Notes: generated by a model not told the origin, from the letters alone. Shown: positions 40,126 through 50,617, numbered from the stretch's first letter. The stretch: DNA of 64,000 nucleotides from an uncultured Bifidobacteriaceae bacterium (GCA_964597445.1 CAZQXO010000002.1:10304-74303); one strand, 5' to 3'. Translations and numbers: made by a program.

Positions 40126-41679
40126 CTACCCCGCAGGCTGGTCGCAGTCGGCGCCCGCGCTCTCCCACCCGCCATGGGCGTCCCGTACCCGGATGGCGAA
40201 CCACAGGTCCGCCCGGACCGTGGTGTCCTCGAGTGATCGACCGAGCACGGCCTCGATGCGACGAAGGCGATGCCGCACCGTGTGGCGGTGGATGCCGAGC
40301 TCCTGCGCGGTCGCATCGACCTGGCCATGATGCGACAGCCAGGCGCGCAGGGTGGCCACCATGTCGGTGCCGTCGGAGGTCGACAGGAGGGCACCCAGGC
40401 ACGCGTTCGCCCAGGCCACGGCCACATCGCCATCGATCAGCGAGTCCATGCTGCGACCCGGCACGTCACCGTGCCGCGTCCACCCGCGTCCGGTGCGCGC
40501 GGCAGTGCGGGCCTGAACCAGAGCCGTGCGCACCTGATGAGGAGAGGTGATCCGGATCGGCTCGGAGACGCCGACGGAGCGGCCGCCCCCTCCCTCGAGG
40601 ACGGCACGGGCAGCCGACGTCGGCGATCCGTCGTCGTCGACCGGGACGAATCCCACGACACCACCGTCACCGTCCGGGCCCAGGACGGCTCCTGGGATGG
40701 CGGGCACGGTGACCGGCCCCGCCGTGCCCGGCATGACGGCCACGGCCACCGCCGATCCGGCGGCGAGGTCGCCGAGGTCGATCGAGGCCAGCACCTCGCT
40801 GGTCAGGGCGCCGGACTGCGCATGAGCGATGAGGAGGGCATGCCAGGCGCCCATCGGGCCGCCGCGATGCGAGGCATCCCCCACCTCCCACGAGAGGAGG
40901 GAGACGGCCAGGTTCATCACGGCCTGGTCGCCGGGACTCAGCGGTCGAGGGCTGCCCACCACGAGGAAGCCCCGGACCGTGTCGTGCTCGCCCACAGGGA
41001 CGAGGGACACGTGCTCATCCGCGCGAGCGAGGGACCCGGAGGCCAGCAGGCCGCGGGGGCGCAGGCGATCGATCTCCCCGAGGAGCTCACCCGCCCGCGC
41101 TGCGGCATCCGGCGGATGGGCGCCCAGGACATCCCCCGAGGGTGCGAGGTGCAGGGCGAACCCCCGCACGTGACGACTCACGACCGCGAGCAGCGCGCGG
41201 ACCCGCGATCCGGACTCCTCGCCTGCGGGAACCGAGAGAAGGGACCGGATCATGCGTCGCTGACTGGTGAACGACGCACCCGCGTCCGCGTACTCCTCGG
41301 CAGCGAGCAGCCGGGACACGGCACGGCTCACGGCGACGAAGGGCACGGGCTCGCCCACCTCGACCACGGGCAGCCCCGCGGACTCCGCCGCCACGATGAG
41401 CTCCTTCGGCACCTGCGCGTGGTGCAGGCCGATGCCGAAGCCGATGCCAGCGGCATCAGCGCGGTGGAGGCGATCGACATAGGCCCGGCACTCCTCGCGG
41501 GCACCTGAGAGGGTCAGCCCCGTGGTCAGGACGAGATCGCCCGCCTCGATCCACGGCGTCGGATCCACCTGCTCGGACACGGCGACCCACCGCAGCGGCC
41601 GATCCAGGTCAGCCGACCGGGTCACCGGCCGCAGCGCCAGCTCGGCGAGATCCACCACCTGAGAGAGCGTGATCGTCAC
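40126..41679 (-). CDS. PucR-family transcriptional regulator
   Basis: N-terminal PucR-like domain (TLSQVVDLAELALRPVT...WIEAGDLVLTTG) and a C-terminal PucR HTH (VDATAQELGIHRHTVRHRLRRIEAVLG). Divergent from gabT. Confidence 0.85.
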   Translation of the reverse strand: MTITLSQVVDLAELALRPVTRSADLDRPLRWVAVSEQVDPTPWIEAGDLVLTTGLTLSGAREECRAYVDRLHRADAAGIGFGIGLHHAQVPKELIVAAESAGLPVVEVGEPVPFVAVSRAVSRLLAAEEYADAGASFTSQRRMIRSLLSVPAGEESGSRVRALLAVVSRHVRGFALHLAPSGDVLGAHPPDAAARAGELLGEIDRLRPRGLLASGSLARADEHVSLVPVGEHDTVRGFLVVGSPRPLSPGDQAVMNLAVSLLSWEVGDASHRGGPMGAWHALLIAHAQSGALTSEVLASIDLGDLAAGSAVAVAVMPGTAGPVTVPAIPGAVLGPDGDGGVVGFVPVDDDGSPTSAARAVLEGGGGRSVGVSEPIRITSPHQVRTALVQARTAARTGRGWTRHGDVPGRSMDSLIDGDVAVAWANACLGALLSTSDGTDMVATLRAWLSHHGQVDATAQELGIHRHTVRHRLRRIEAVLGRSLEDTTVRADLWFAIRVRDAHGGWESAGADCDQPAG

Positions 41680-41802
41680 CTCATCCTCCTACGTTCTGGA
41701 CAACCCTAGGGTGCCCTATGTTCCACATCGGCACCTCGCATGCGTCCGGTCTCCCTCTACCCTGAGGGCAGCGCCCTCCTGCGCCCGGACCCGAGGAGCC
41801 CG

Positions 41803-43149
41803 ATGTCCCCCGTCGCCACCCCCACCGAGCTCGTCCAGGAGCGTCGCCTCGTCACCGCGATCCCCGGACCCCGGTCGCAGGCGCTCCAGGCCCGCAAGGT
41901 CGCCGCCGTGTCGAACGGCGTCGGCGTCACCCTCCCCGTGTACGTCGTCCGGGCAGGGGGCGGAGTCCTCGTCGACGCTGACGGAAACTCGCTGATCGAC
42001 ATGGGGTCGGGCATCGCCGTGACCACCGTCGGCAACGCGAATCCGGAGGTCGTCTCCGCGGTCCAGGCCCAGGTGGCGGAGTTCACGCACACCTGCTTCA
42101 TGGTCACCCCCTACGCCGGATACGTCGAGGTGTGCGAGGCCTTGAATCGCGTGACTCCCGGTGATCACGACAAGCGCTCAGCCCTCTTCAACTCTGGAGC
42201 CGAGGCTGTCGAGAACGCCGTCAAGATCGCCCGCGCCCATACCCGTCGGCAGGCCGTCGTCGTCGTGGAGCACGGGTATCACGGTCGCACCAACCTCACC
42301 ATGGGCATGACCGCGAAGAACATGCCCTACAAGCAGTCCTTCGGACCCTTCGCGCCCGAGATCTACCGCGTGCCCGCGTCCTACCCCTACCGCGACCGTG
42401 GCCTCAAGGGCCCTGAGATGGCTCAGATCGCGATCACGCGGATCGAGCGCGAGCTGGGTGCCTCCAACGTCGCAGCAATCGTGATCGAGCCGGTTCAGGG
42501 CGAAGGTGGCTTCATCGTCCCCGATCCGGGCTATTTCCGGGCCATGGCGGACTTCGCCGCCGCACACGGCATCGTCTTCATCGCCGACGAGATCCAGTCG
42601 GGCTTCTGCCGTACGGGACAGTGGTTCGCGTCGGAGTACGAGGACGTCGTGCCCGACCTCATCACGACGGCCAAGGGCATCGCTGACGGCATGCCGCTCG
42701 CGGCCGTCACCGGACGCGCCGAGATCATGGACTCGGTGCACGCCGGCGGGCTGGGCGGGACGTACGGCGGCAACCCCGTGGCGTGCGCCGCAGCCCTCGC
42801 CGCCATCGACTGGATGGAGCGCAACGACGCCCCCGCCCTCGCCCGCGACATCGAGGCCGTCATGATGCCCCGCCTGCGCGACATGGCTCTGCGCTACCCC
42901 GCCATCGGAGACATCCGCGGACGAGGCGCGATGATCGCCATCGAGCTGGTGGTCCCGGGAACCATGGATCCGGATGCAGACCTCGCCGCCACCCTCAACC
43001 GCTTCTGCCACCAGCACGGCGTCGTCACCCTGACGACCGGAACGCACGGGAACGTGTTCCGCTTCCTTCCCCCGCTGACGATGCCGCGGCACCTGCTCGA
43101 GGAGGCGCTCTCGATCCTGGAGCAGGCGTTCGAGTCCGCGCAGACCTGA
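41803..43149 (+). CDS. gabT: 4-aminobutyrate--2-oxoglutarate transaminase (class III PLP aminotransferase)
   Basis: LVTAIPGPRSQALQARK..., NSGAEAVENAVKIAR, DEIQSGFCRTG, TTAKGIADGMPL (PLP Lys). I chose the ATG at 41803 (MSPVATPTELV). Confidence 0.9.
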   Translation: MSPVATPTELVQERRLVTAIPGPRSQALQARKVAAVSNGVGVTLPVYVVRAGGGVLVDADGNSLIDMGSGIAVTTVGNANPEVVSAVQAQVAEFTHTCFMVTPYAGYVEVCEALNRVTPGDHDKRSALFNSGAEAVENAVKIARAHTRRQAVVVVEHGYHGRTNLTMGMTAKNMPYKQSFGPFAPEIYRVPASYPYRDRGLKGPEMAQIAITRIERELGASNVAAIVIEPVQGEGGFIVPDPGYFRAMADFAAAHGIVFIADEIQSGFCRTGQWFASEYEDVVPDLITTAKGIADGMPLAAVTGRAEIMDSVHAGGLGGTYGGNPVACAAALAAIDWMERNDAPALARDIEAVMMPRLRDMALRYPAIGDIRGRGAMIAIELVVPGTMDPDADLAATLNRFCHQHGVVTLTTGTHGNVFRFLPPLTMPRHLLEEALSILEQAFESAQT

Positions 43150-43219
43150 TCGGCAGTCCTGTCCACAGGCCGCAGGACGCCGGTGTCGTGGCGATGCCAC
43201 GTCGACATACGGTCACCGT

Positions 43220-43654
43220 GTGGCGCGATTCCGGGTGTGGGCGGTGCTGTCCCTGGCGAGCAGCGGACTGCTCCTCGTCCCGGGGCCCTGGATCCCGTCC
43301 GCGGAGGCACGTGAGCGGCCCTCCTGGTTCTGGGAGTGGAGCGACGGCTCGACATCGCGCGACCGAACCCTGAACGAGGCGCGCTACGGCGTCTGGTCAC
43401 GCCTGCCGAGGATCGCGGTCGCGAGCGCTCCAGCAGCAGCCGGTCGGACCGTGCGACTCCAGGTCCAGCAGTCGGGAGGCTGGGTGACCGAGGACACCGT
43501 TCGCACGGACCTCGACGGCCGCGCTGAACTGACGATCAACCCCTACTGCCATCACGGCGACTGGTGCTCCGGCACCGCGGAGTACCGCATCGTGGCCGAC
43601 GGCGATCAGGCACTCCTCCGGGTGAGCTTCACCCCGACGCGGACATCTCCCTGA
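43220..43654 (+). CDS. Hypothetical small secreted protein
   Basis: N-terminal signal-peptide-like MARFRVWAVLSLASSGLLLVPGPWIPSAEA, then a beta-rich ~110 aa domain (TVRLQVQQSGGWVTEDTVRTDLDGRAELTINPY). No family recognised. The 3' end overlaps the convergent gene by 26 nt. Coding status is not proven. Confidence 0.4.
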   Translation: MARFRVWAVLSLASSGLLLVPGPWIPSAEARERPSWFWEWSDGSTSRDRTLNEARYGVWSRLPRIAVASAPAAAGRTVRLQVQQSGGWVTEDTVRTDLDGRAELTINPYCHHGDWCSGTAEYRIVADGDQALLRVSFTPTRTSP

Positions 43655-44855
43655 GGCCGAAGGACTGCCCGTAGCCGCTCTCCATGAGCTGCAGATAGGG
43701 GACGGCATCGAAGGCCTCCGGACCCAGCACCCCCACTCCAGTCCAAGCCCCGGTCGCCAGCAGTTCCAGGGCGATCACCGGATTCATGGCCGTCTGCCAT
43801 ACGACCGCCTGCGTTCCGTACTCGCGCATGGTCCACTCGTTGTCCGCCACGTGGTAGAGGTAGACCTCGCGCGGCTCGCCATCGAGGCCCGTGCCCGTCA
43901 CCCACGTGCCGGCGCACGTCTTGCCGCTCATGCGGTCGCCCAGCGTCGCGGGGTCGGGGAGCACGGCCGCTACGACATCGCGAGGACTCACCGGCACGCC
44001 CTTGACCGTCACCGGGTCGGTTCGGTCGAGCCCGAGCTTGTGCAGGGTTCGGAGGACGTCGATGAACTCCTCGCCGAGACCGTACTTGAAGGTGACCCGC
44101 CTGCAGTCGATCCACCGTGGCACGAGGAGCACCTCCTCGTGCTCGACGTTGATGACCTCGACCGGCCCGATGCCCTCGGGGAAGTCGAAGACCTCAGGCT
44201 CAGAGAAGGGCTCGGTGGTGAACCAGCCGCGCTCGCGCTCCCAGATGACCGGAGGGTTCAGGCATTCCTCGATCGTCGTCCAGATGGAGAACGAGGGGGC
44301 GAAGTCATGACCCTCGACCAGGAGATTCGCACCATCCCGAATGCCGATCTCGTCGATCTCGCGGAAGAGGTGATCCGCCGCATAACGGGCGAACACGTCG
44401 GCGAGACCGGGCTCGACCCCCATTCCGCACAGCGCGAGCCGACCGGCACCGATCCAGGCCTGCTCCTGCGCGAACTGCTCGTCACCCAACTTCACCCCCA
44501 CCTGCGAGTAGGCATCGGTGGCATGCGGTCGCGAGAGGCTCATCGCCGTGTCGAGGTAGTCGGCTCCCGCCTCGAAGGCTCCCTCGAAGATGGGCATCAC
44601 GAATCGCGGATCCACCACATTGAGGACATGGGTGATGCGGTGCTCCCGGCACAGGGCGGCAACGGACTTCGCACTCGAGGCGTCCACCTGGGCTGCCGCG
44701 AATCGCGCATCATCGACGCGAGCGACCACCGACTGCGACCGCTCGAGGTCGTAGTCGGCGATGACGATGTGCTCGAAGAAGTCCCGTCGCGCGGCGATGA
44801 GAGCCGCAGAGGTCCCCACGCCACCCGCTCCCACGATGAGGATCCGCATCACCAC
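43629..44855 (-). CDS. Saccharopine dehydrogenase-family NAD(P)-dependent oxidoreductase
   Basis: MRILIVGAGGVGTSAALIAARRDFFEHIVIADYD Rossmann start; ~408 aa, the size and layout of Sacchrp_dh_NADP + Sacchrp_dh_C proteins (carboxynorspermidine-DH/homospermidine-synthase-like). AAGGAG lies upstream of the start. Confidence 0.82.
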   Translation of the reverse strand: MVMRILIVGAGGVGTSAALIAARRDFFEHIVIADYDLERSQSVVARVDDARFAAAQVDASSAKSVAALCREHRITHVLNVVDPRFVMPIFEGAFEAGADYLDTAMSLSRPHATDAYSQVGVKLGDEQFAQEQAWIGAGRLALCGMGVEPGLADVFARYAADHLFREIDEIGIRDGANLLVEGHDFAPSFSIWTTIEECLNPPVIWERERGWFTTEPFSEPEVFDFPEGIGPVEVINVEHEEVLLVPRWIDCRRVTFKYGLGEEFIDVLRTLHKLGLDRTDPVTVKGVPVSPRDVVAAVLPDPATLGDRMSGKTCAGTWVTGTGLDGEPREVYLYHVADNEWTMREYGTQAVVWQTAMNPVIALELLATGAWTGVGVLGPEAFDAVPYLQLMESGYGQSFGLREMSASG

Positions 44856-44949
44856 TCCTTGATCGCTCGGGGCAGCACACGGCTGCTGTCATCTACGCCA
44901 CGTTACGTCGTCACGGCCGGGTGAGGACGGTGACACGGGCTGCACGACA

Positions 44950-46368
44950 TCACGAGTCGAAGCCCATGCCGAGTCGATCCAGGGTCCGCAGCCACAGGTC
45001 TCTGCGTCCCTCGTTGCGGTCCGCACGCTGCAGCGCAGCGGTCGTCAGCCGGATTCCCCAGCCGCGCAGGGGCTCGGGCGGGAAGGGCACCGGCATGGAG
45101 CGCACCATCTCCAGCGCCGTGCGCTCGGTCGACAGTCCATCGATCAGGTCGAGCATCGTTGCCGCGCCGAACCGGGATGCCCCCACGCCGAGGCCGGTGT
45201 AGCCCGCAACGTAGGCGAGCCGACCGGCATAGGCGGTTCCCCAGAAGGAGCTGAAGCGCGAACAGGTGTCGATGGCACCGCCCCACGCATGCGAGAAGCG
45301 CACATCCATGAGCTGGGGAAACGTCTGAAGGAAGTGCTCTGCCAGCAGCTCGTAGGACTCCTCGCGATTCTCGTGCTCACGACGGAAACCACGTCCCGCG
45401 TGGTAGATCGCGTCATAGCCACCCCACAGGATGCGTCCGTCAGCTGTCACGCGGTAGTAGTGGAACCGGTTGCCGCTGTCACTCACGCCCTCACGACCGG
45501 ACCAGCCGATCCGACTCCAGTCGTCGTCGCTCAAGGGCTCCGTGACGAGGACATAGTCGTAGACCGGCACGACGAGGTACGAGAGTCGCCGCAGGAGCGG
45601 CGGGTAGGCGTTCGTGCCGAGGGCGACCTTCGACGCCCGGATCACACCACGATCGGTGCGAGCGAGCAGGTCCCCGGGCGTCGCCTCCAGGTGGCGAACC
45701 GGAGTGCCCTCGGCGATCCGGACGCCCCTCTCCCGACAGGCGCGCTGGAGGCCCCACGCGAGACGGGCCGGATCCACCAGCGCCACGCCGGACCGGTCAT
45801 AGGCCCCAGCGAGATACGAGGGCGATGCGACCCTCGACTGCACCTCCCGCTGGTCGAGGAACTCGACGGACTCCCCCATGCCCGAGGCGGCGGAGACGAA
45901 CTCTCGAAGGCCCTCGATCTGGTGCGGGGCCACGGCGACGTCGATCTCACCCGTGCGGACGAAGTCGCATTCGATGCCGAACTCGTGAATCGTCCTCTCG
46001 ATTCCCTCGAGGTTGTCACGACCCAGACGCAGCAGTGTGGGCATGTCCCCAGGCCAGCGCTCCATGCCGTTGGCGAAGCCGTGCGTCAGTGAGGCCGCGA
46101 CGAATCCTCCGTTGCGCCCTGTCGCCCCTTCAGCCACGCGCCCGCCCTCGACGAGCAGGACGTCTCGATCCGGGTCGCGCTCCTTCGCCTGCAGAGCCGT
46201 CCAGAGTCCCGTGAAGCCTCCTCCCACCACGAGAAGGTCCGTTGCCGTATCCCCGTCCAACGGAGGAAGGGAGTCGGGCCGATCATCACGATCGAGCCAG
46301 AAGACGGACCTGCGAGCGTGCGCCACGGCTGCCCGGGCCTGAGGGGTGGGATGCTGCGCGAACTCCAT
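44950..46368 (-). CDS. FAD-dependent oxidoreductase, DAO family (PuuB/OrdL-like)
   Basis: DLLVVGGGFTGLWTALQAKE dinucleotide-binding motif; 472 aa; overall similarity in layout to gamma-glutamylputrescine oxidase-type enzymes; polyamine gene context. Confidence 0.82.
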   Translation of the reverse strand: MEFAQHPTPQARAAVAHARRSVFWLDRDDRPDSLPPLDGDTATDLLVVGGGFTGLWTALQAKERDPDRDVLLVEGGRVAEGATGRNGGFVAASLTHGFANGMERWPGDMPTLLRLGRDNLEGIERTIHEFGIECDFVRTGEIDVAVAPHQIEGLREFVSAASGMGESVEFLDQREVQSRVASPSYLAGAYDRSGVALVDPARLAWGLQRACRERGVRIAEGTPVRHLEATPGDLLARTDRGVIRASKVALGTNAYPPLLRRLSYLVVPVYDYVLVTEPLSDDDWSRIGWSGREGVSDSGNRFHYYRVTADGRILWGGYDAIYHAGRGFRREHENREESYELLAEHFLQTFPQLMDVRFSHAWGGAIDTCSRFSSFWGTAYAGRLAYVAGYTGLGVGASRFGAATMLDLIDGLSTERTALEMVRSMPVPFPPEPLRGWGIRLTTAALQRADRNEGRRDLWLRTLDRLGMGFDS

Positions 46369-46482
46369 GATTCTCCTGCGGGCGCATCGGCGCCTGGACG
46401 TAGCGGATCGGAGAGCGGGGCCGTCGCGCCCCGTCGTCCCACCAGTCCCTTCCGCGTGAGCAGGTGCCCCCAGACTACCTCG

Positions 46483-47655
46483 TCAGCCGGAGACGACGGT
46501 GTCGAAGGCACGGTCGAGCGCGACCGATCGCTCCACCGTCAGGGCCTCGGTGACGAAGCAGGAGTCCAGAACGTCCTGCGGCGGGAAGATCCACGGATCG
46601 TCCGCGAGCGCCGGATCGATCCTCGCCATGACCTCCCGGGCTCCGTTCACCGGACACACGTACTGGATCCACGACGCCAGGCGCGCGGCGACCTCGGGGT
46701 CGTAGTAGAAGTCCATCAGCGACTCGGCACTGGCCTTGTTCGGCGAGACGGCGGGGATGAGCATGGAGTCCGCCCAGACCAGCCCCCCGCTCTCGGGAAG
46801 GCCGAAACCGAAGTTCTCCCCCAGGGCGAGCACGTCTCCTGACCATCCGAGCACGGCGATGAGATCACCCGAGGCGAGGCCACCGATGTAGTCGTTGCCC
46901 GTGACCTGGCGGATCTGGCCCGAGTCGACCTGCTGCTGCAGCAGCCCGAGAGCCCGATCGAACTCGGCATCGGTGAAGGCTGACGGATCGAATCCCGCCC
47001 AGGCCAGCATCAGACCCATCGTGTCCATCGTCTCGGACAGGACCGACACCCGGCCGGCCAGACGAGGATCGAAGAACTGATCGAGGGACTCGAGGCGATC
47101 GATTCCCATGCGCTCCTGGAGCAGGGAGCCGTTCCAGCCGATGCCGGTGAACCCCGACTGCCACGGGAGCGTGTAGCGCCGATCCGGATCGAAGGACGCC
47201 TCCTGAAGCCTGGGGAGGAGGTTGACCGCGTTGGGAATGCGGGCGTAGTCCAGCGGAGCCGCGAAGCCCAGCTCGATGAACTCCCGAGCGGTCTCCTCGG
47301 ACAGGACGACGATGTCGCGGTCGATGTCCTGTCCCTGCTCGAGGGGCGTGCGCACCTTGGCCAGGAACTCGTTGCCGTCATTGATGTCAGAGGTGTACAC
47401 GACGTCGATTCCGGAGGACGCCGTGAAGTCCTCGAGCGTCGTCGGCTCCCCGTCCTCGGACTCGTCGATATAGCCCGGCCAGTTGGAGAACCGCACGAGG
47501 GCGTCCGTCTCCTCCGGTAGCGGGGACGGTGTCGCTCCGGCCGTTGATGGGGCCTCCGGAGCTCCGGCACCTGCTCCACAGGCGCTCGAGGCCGCAGCCG
47601 CACCTCCCAGGGCAGCCGTCCACAGGAGCCGTCGCCGCGTCAGTCGGGGAGCCAC
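46483..47655 (-). CDS. Polyamine (spermidine/putrescine-type) ABC transporter substrate-binding lipoprotein
   Basis: Tat-like RRRLLW + lipobox SSACG signal and a PotD/PotF-like body (FSNWPGYID..., LPWQSGFTGIGWN, WADSMLIP). Confidence 0.86.
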   Translation of the reverse strand: MAPRLTRRRLLWTAALGGAAAASSACGAGAGAPEAPSTAGATPSPLPEETDALVRFSNWPGYIDESEDGEPTTLEDFTASSGIDVVYTSDINDGNEFLAKVRTPLEQGQDIDRDIVVLSEETAREFIELGFAAPLDYARIPNAVNLLPRLQEASFDPDRRYTLPWQSGFTGIGWNGSLLQERMGIDRLESLDQFFDPRLAGRVSVLSETMDTMGLMLAWAGFDPSAFTDAEFDRALGLLQQQVDSGQIRQVTGNDYIGGLASGDLIAVLGWSGDVLALGENFGFGLPESGGLVWADSMLIPAVSPNKASAESLMDFYYDPEVAARLASWIQYVCPVNGAREVMARIDPALADDPWIFPPQDVLDSCFVTEALTVERSVALDRAFDTVVSG

Positions 47656-47661
47656 CCGAGG

Positions 47662-48495
47662 CTACGAACGGGGAAGCGCCGCGTCGGCGGCTGCGGTCGG
47701 CAGGGACTCGAGTGACTTGCGGCGCCGATGGTTCACGAACTGTGCCGTGAGCACGATGGCCAGCGCGACGACGAACACGATCGTGGCCAGGGCATTCACC
47801 TGGACCGGGATACCGCGCTGCGCGGCACCCCAGATGTAGATCGGGAAGGTGACCAGGGTTCCCGCGTTGAAGAAGCTGATGATGAAGTCGTCGAACGACA
47901 GGGAGAAGCCGAGCAGCGCTGCGCCCGCGATCCCGGGCAGAACGAGGGGGAAGGTCACGTACCGGAACACCGCCCGGGGGTTGGCGTAGAGATCCCTCGC
48001 CGCCTCCTCAAGCCTCGGATCCATGCCCTGCAGACGCGCCTTCACGGTCACGACCACGAAGGAGATGATGAACATGATGTGGGCGATGATGACGGTGATC
48101 TCGCCGAGCGGGAAGCGGAGATTGAGGAAGAGGGCGAGCAGGCTCGCACCCATCACCACCTCCGGGGTCGCCATGGGCAGGAAGATCAGCAGGTTCGTCG
48201 TGCTCCTGCCCCGGAACCGATAGCGGACGAGCGCGAAGGCGATCATCGACCCCAGGAGGGTGGCCACCAGTGTCGAGACGATGCCGATCTGGATGCTCGT
48301 CACGAACGAGGAGCAGACACCGGGAACACCGCAGAGATTCGTCCACGCCTCGAGCGAGAACTCGTTCCAGCTGAGGTTGTACTTGCCTGACGGCTTGTTG
48401 AACGACAGCACAATGATGACGGCGATCGGGATGAACAGGTAGACGAGCACCGCGAAAGCAGCGATGCCGACGAGATTCCTCCTTAGCCAGCGCAT
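47662..48495 (-). CDS. Polyamine ABC transporter permease (PotC/PotI-like)
   Basis: Six-TM BPD_transp_1 permease with an EAA-type loop (LEEAARDLYANPRAVFRYVTFPL). TGATG overlap with the upstream permease. Confidence 0.88.
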   Translation of the reverse strand: MRWLRRNLVGIAAFAVLVYLFIPIAVIIVLSFNKPSGKYNLSWNEFSLEAWTNLCGVPGVCSSFVTSIQIGIVSTLVATLLGSMIAFALVRYRFRGRSTTNLLIFLPMATPEVVMGASLLALFLNLRFPLGEITVIIAHIMFIISFVVVTVKARLQGMDPRLEEAARDLYANPRAVFRYVTFPLVLPGIAGAALLGFSLSFDDFIISFFNAGTLVTFPIYIWGAAQRGIPVQVNALATIVFVVALAIVLTAQFVNHRRRKSLESLPTAAADAALPRS

Positions 48496-49391
48496 CAGAC
48501 GAGGTCCTCGGTGCCGGAGCGTCGGATGTAGAAGAAGACCAGCAGGACGATGGCCGCCATGAGCACGAAGGACAGGGCACTTGCGGTCGGATAGTCGCGG
48601 AACTGGATGAAGTTGATCTGGATGGCGTTGCCGATCATGCGATTGCCTGTCGAACCCAGCAGGGCCGCATTGATGTAGTCACCGGATGCCGGGATGAACG
48701 TGAGCAGCGTGCCTGCCACCACACCTGGCATCGAGAGCGGCCAGGTCACCTTGCGGAAGGCCGTCCTGGGCGAGGCGTAGAGGTCACCGGCAGCCTCGAT
48801 CAGGCGCGGGTCGATCTTCTCGAGCGCGGCATACAGGGGCAGGATCATGAAGGGCAGGAAGTTGTAGGTGAGCCCGGCGACCACGGCTATCCCCGTGTTC
48901 AGGACCCGATCATCCGGCAGCAGGTGCATGGCATTGAGGATCCCGGTGATGAAGCCCTCGTCCGACAGGATCGTCTTCCAGGCGTAGGTGCGCAGGAGGA
49001 AGGAGGCGAACGAGGGAGCGATCACGAGCACCAGCAGGAGGGAACGCCACCTTCCGCCCCGGAAGGCGATGAAGTAGGCCAGTGGGTACGCGATCACGAG
49101 AGCCAGGACGGTGGCGATGCCCGCGTAGAGGAAGGAGCGCACGAACAGGGGCCAGTACTCGGCGAGAGCGCTGGCGTAGTTCCCGAACTCCAGGCCGAAC
49201 ATGTAGCGGCCGGACTGCCCGGGCACGGGCTGCTGAAGACTCGTGAGGAACAGCGTGACGAAAGGGATCGCGAAGAAGATGGCGAGCCACGCGATTCCCG
49301 GGAAGAGGAGCAGGTAGCCCGTTCGGGACGATCGCTGCGCACGTGCGGGAGGCGACGTGCTCGACCCCGTCGTCGGGACGACAGCGACCAT
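48495..49391 (-). CDS. Polyamine ABC transporter permease (PotB/PotH-like)
   Basis: EAA loop LIEAAGDLYASPRTAFRKVTWPL; polytopic. Confidence 0.88.
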   Translation of the reverse strand: MVAVVPTTGSSTSPPARAQRSSRTGYLLLFPGIAWLAIFFAIPFVTLFLTSLQQPVPGQSGRYMFGLEFGNYASALAEYWPLFVRSFLYAGIATVLALVIAYPLAYFIAFRGGRWRSLLLVLVIAPSFASFLLRTYAWKTILSDEGFITGILNAMHLLPDDRVLNTGIAVVAGLTYNFLPFMILPLYAALEKIDPRLIEAAGDLYASPRTAFRKVTWPLSMPGVVAGTLLTFIPASGDYINAALLGSTGNRMIGNAIQINFIQFRDYPTASALSFVLMAAIVLLVFFYIRRSGTEDLV

Positions 49392-49393
49392 CG

Positions 49394-50581
49394 TCAGGCA
49401 CCGACCTCGTCGGACAGCAGCTGTGTGCTGACCCGCTCCGCCTCGACCTCCTGAGGATCGCGACCGGCATTCACGCCCGGAGCGGAGTCGAGGCCGAAGG
49501 TGTGCTCCGGTGCCCAGTGGACTGTGACGTCATCGCCGACGTCGCACCTGTCCCCCACGATCACGTTCTGCTCGAACACGATGAGTTCCTGGCCCCACGC
49601 TGTCTCGACCAGGTACTGCGTCGAGACGCCCGTGTAGGAGACGTCCGTGACCTTGCCCTCCAGCCGGTTGTGACCATCCGGGACACGGTGGGCATCCACG
49701 CGGTCGAGGACCGTGATCTTCTCGGGCCGCACCCCGACGATCACCTCGGATCCCGTGCTGAAGCACCGGTCGTTCGGCACCGCGAACGTGACTCCATGCG
49801 CCTCGACGAGAGTCGTGCCTCCCGAGGGACCGGACCGTCGCCCGGGGATCAGGTTGGACTGGCCCAGGAAGTTGGCCACGAACACCGTGCGCGGCGTCTC
49901 GTAGATGTCCGCTGGGTGCCCCATCTGCTCGATCCGTCCCGCGTTCATGACGGCCACGGTGTCGGCCATCGTCATGGCCTCCTCCTGGTCGTGGGTGACG
50001 TGAACGAAGGTGGTCCCCACGTCCACCTGGATCCGCTTGAGCTCGATCTGCATCTGACGACGCAGCTTGAGGTCCAGCGCGCCCAAGGGCTCATCGAGGA
50101 GGAGCACGTCCGGCTGGTTGATCAGCGCCCTCGCCACCGCCACGCGCTGCTGCTGGCCACCCGACAGCTGGGCCGGCTTGCGTCGAGCGAGCGGCCCGAG
50201 TTCGACCAGATCGAGCATCGCCTCGACCTGAGGGCGGACATCCTTGATCCCGCGCCGCCTCAGACCGAAGGCGACGTTCTCGAAGATGTCGAGGTGCGGG
50301 AAGAGCGCATAGGACTGGAACACCGTGTTGACCGGGCGCTCGAAGGCCCGGAGGCGCGTCACGTCCCGATCACCGATGCGGATGGAGCCGGCCGTGGGGT
50401 CCTCCAGGCCGGCAACCATCCGCAGCGTCGTGGTCTTGCCGCACCCGGACGCACCAAGTAGGGCGAAGAAGGATCCTGCAGGAATCGTCAGCGTCAGATC
50501 GTCCACGGCGACGAAGTCCCCGAAGCTCTTGGTGAGATTCCGCAGGTGGAGATCCTCCACCTGCCGATCCTTGTTCGTCAC
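49394..50581 (-). CDS. potA: Polyamine ABC transporter ATP-binding protein (PotA/PotG-like)
   Basis: Walker [10 protein letters not shown], signature [15 protein letters not shown], Walker [12 protein letters not shown], and a C-terminal TOBE-like regulatory domain. Confidence 0.92.
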   Translation of the reverse strand: MTNKDRQVEDLHLRNLTKSFGDFVAVDDLTLTIPAGSFFALLGASGCGKTTTLRMVAGLEDPTAGSIRIGDRDVTRLRAFERPVNTVFQSYALFPHLDIFENVAFGLRRRGIKDVRPQVEAMLDLVELGPLARRKPAQLSGGQQQRVAVARALINQPDVLLLDEPLGALDLKLRRQMQIELKRIQVDVGTTFVHVTHDQEEAMTMADTVAVMNAGRIEQMGHPADIYETPRTVFVANFLGQSNLIPGRRSGPSGGTTLVEAHGVTFAVPNDRCFSTGSEVIVGVRPEKITVLDRVDAHRVPDGHNRLEGKVTDVSYTGVSTQYLVETAWGQELIVFEQNVIVGDRCDVGDDVTVHWAPEHTFGLDSAPGVNAGRDPQEVEAERVSTQLLSDEVGA

Positions 50582-50617
50582 GAGCCCTGCCCTCCTGATC
50601 GACCGTTGCTCGGCGGC

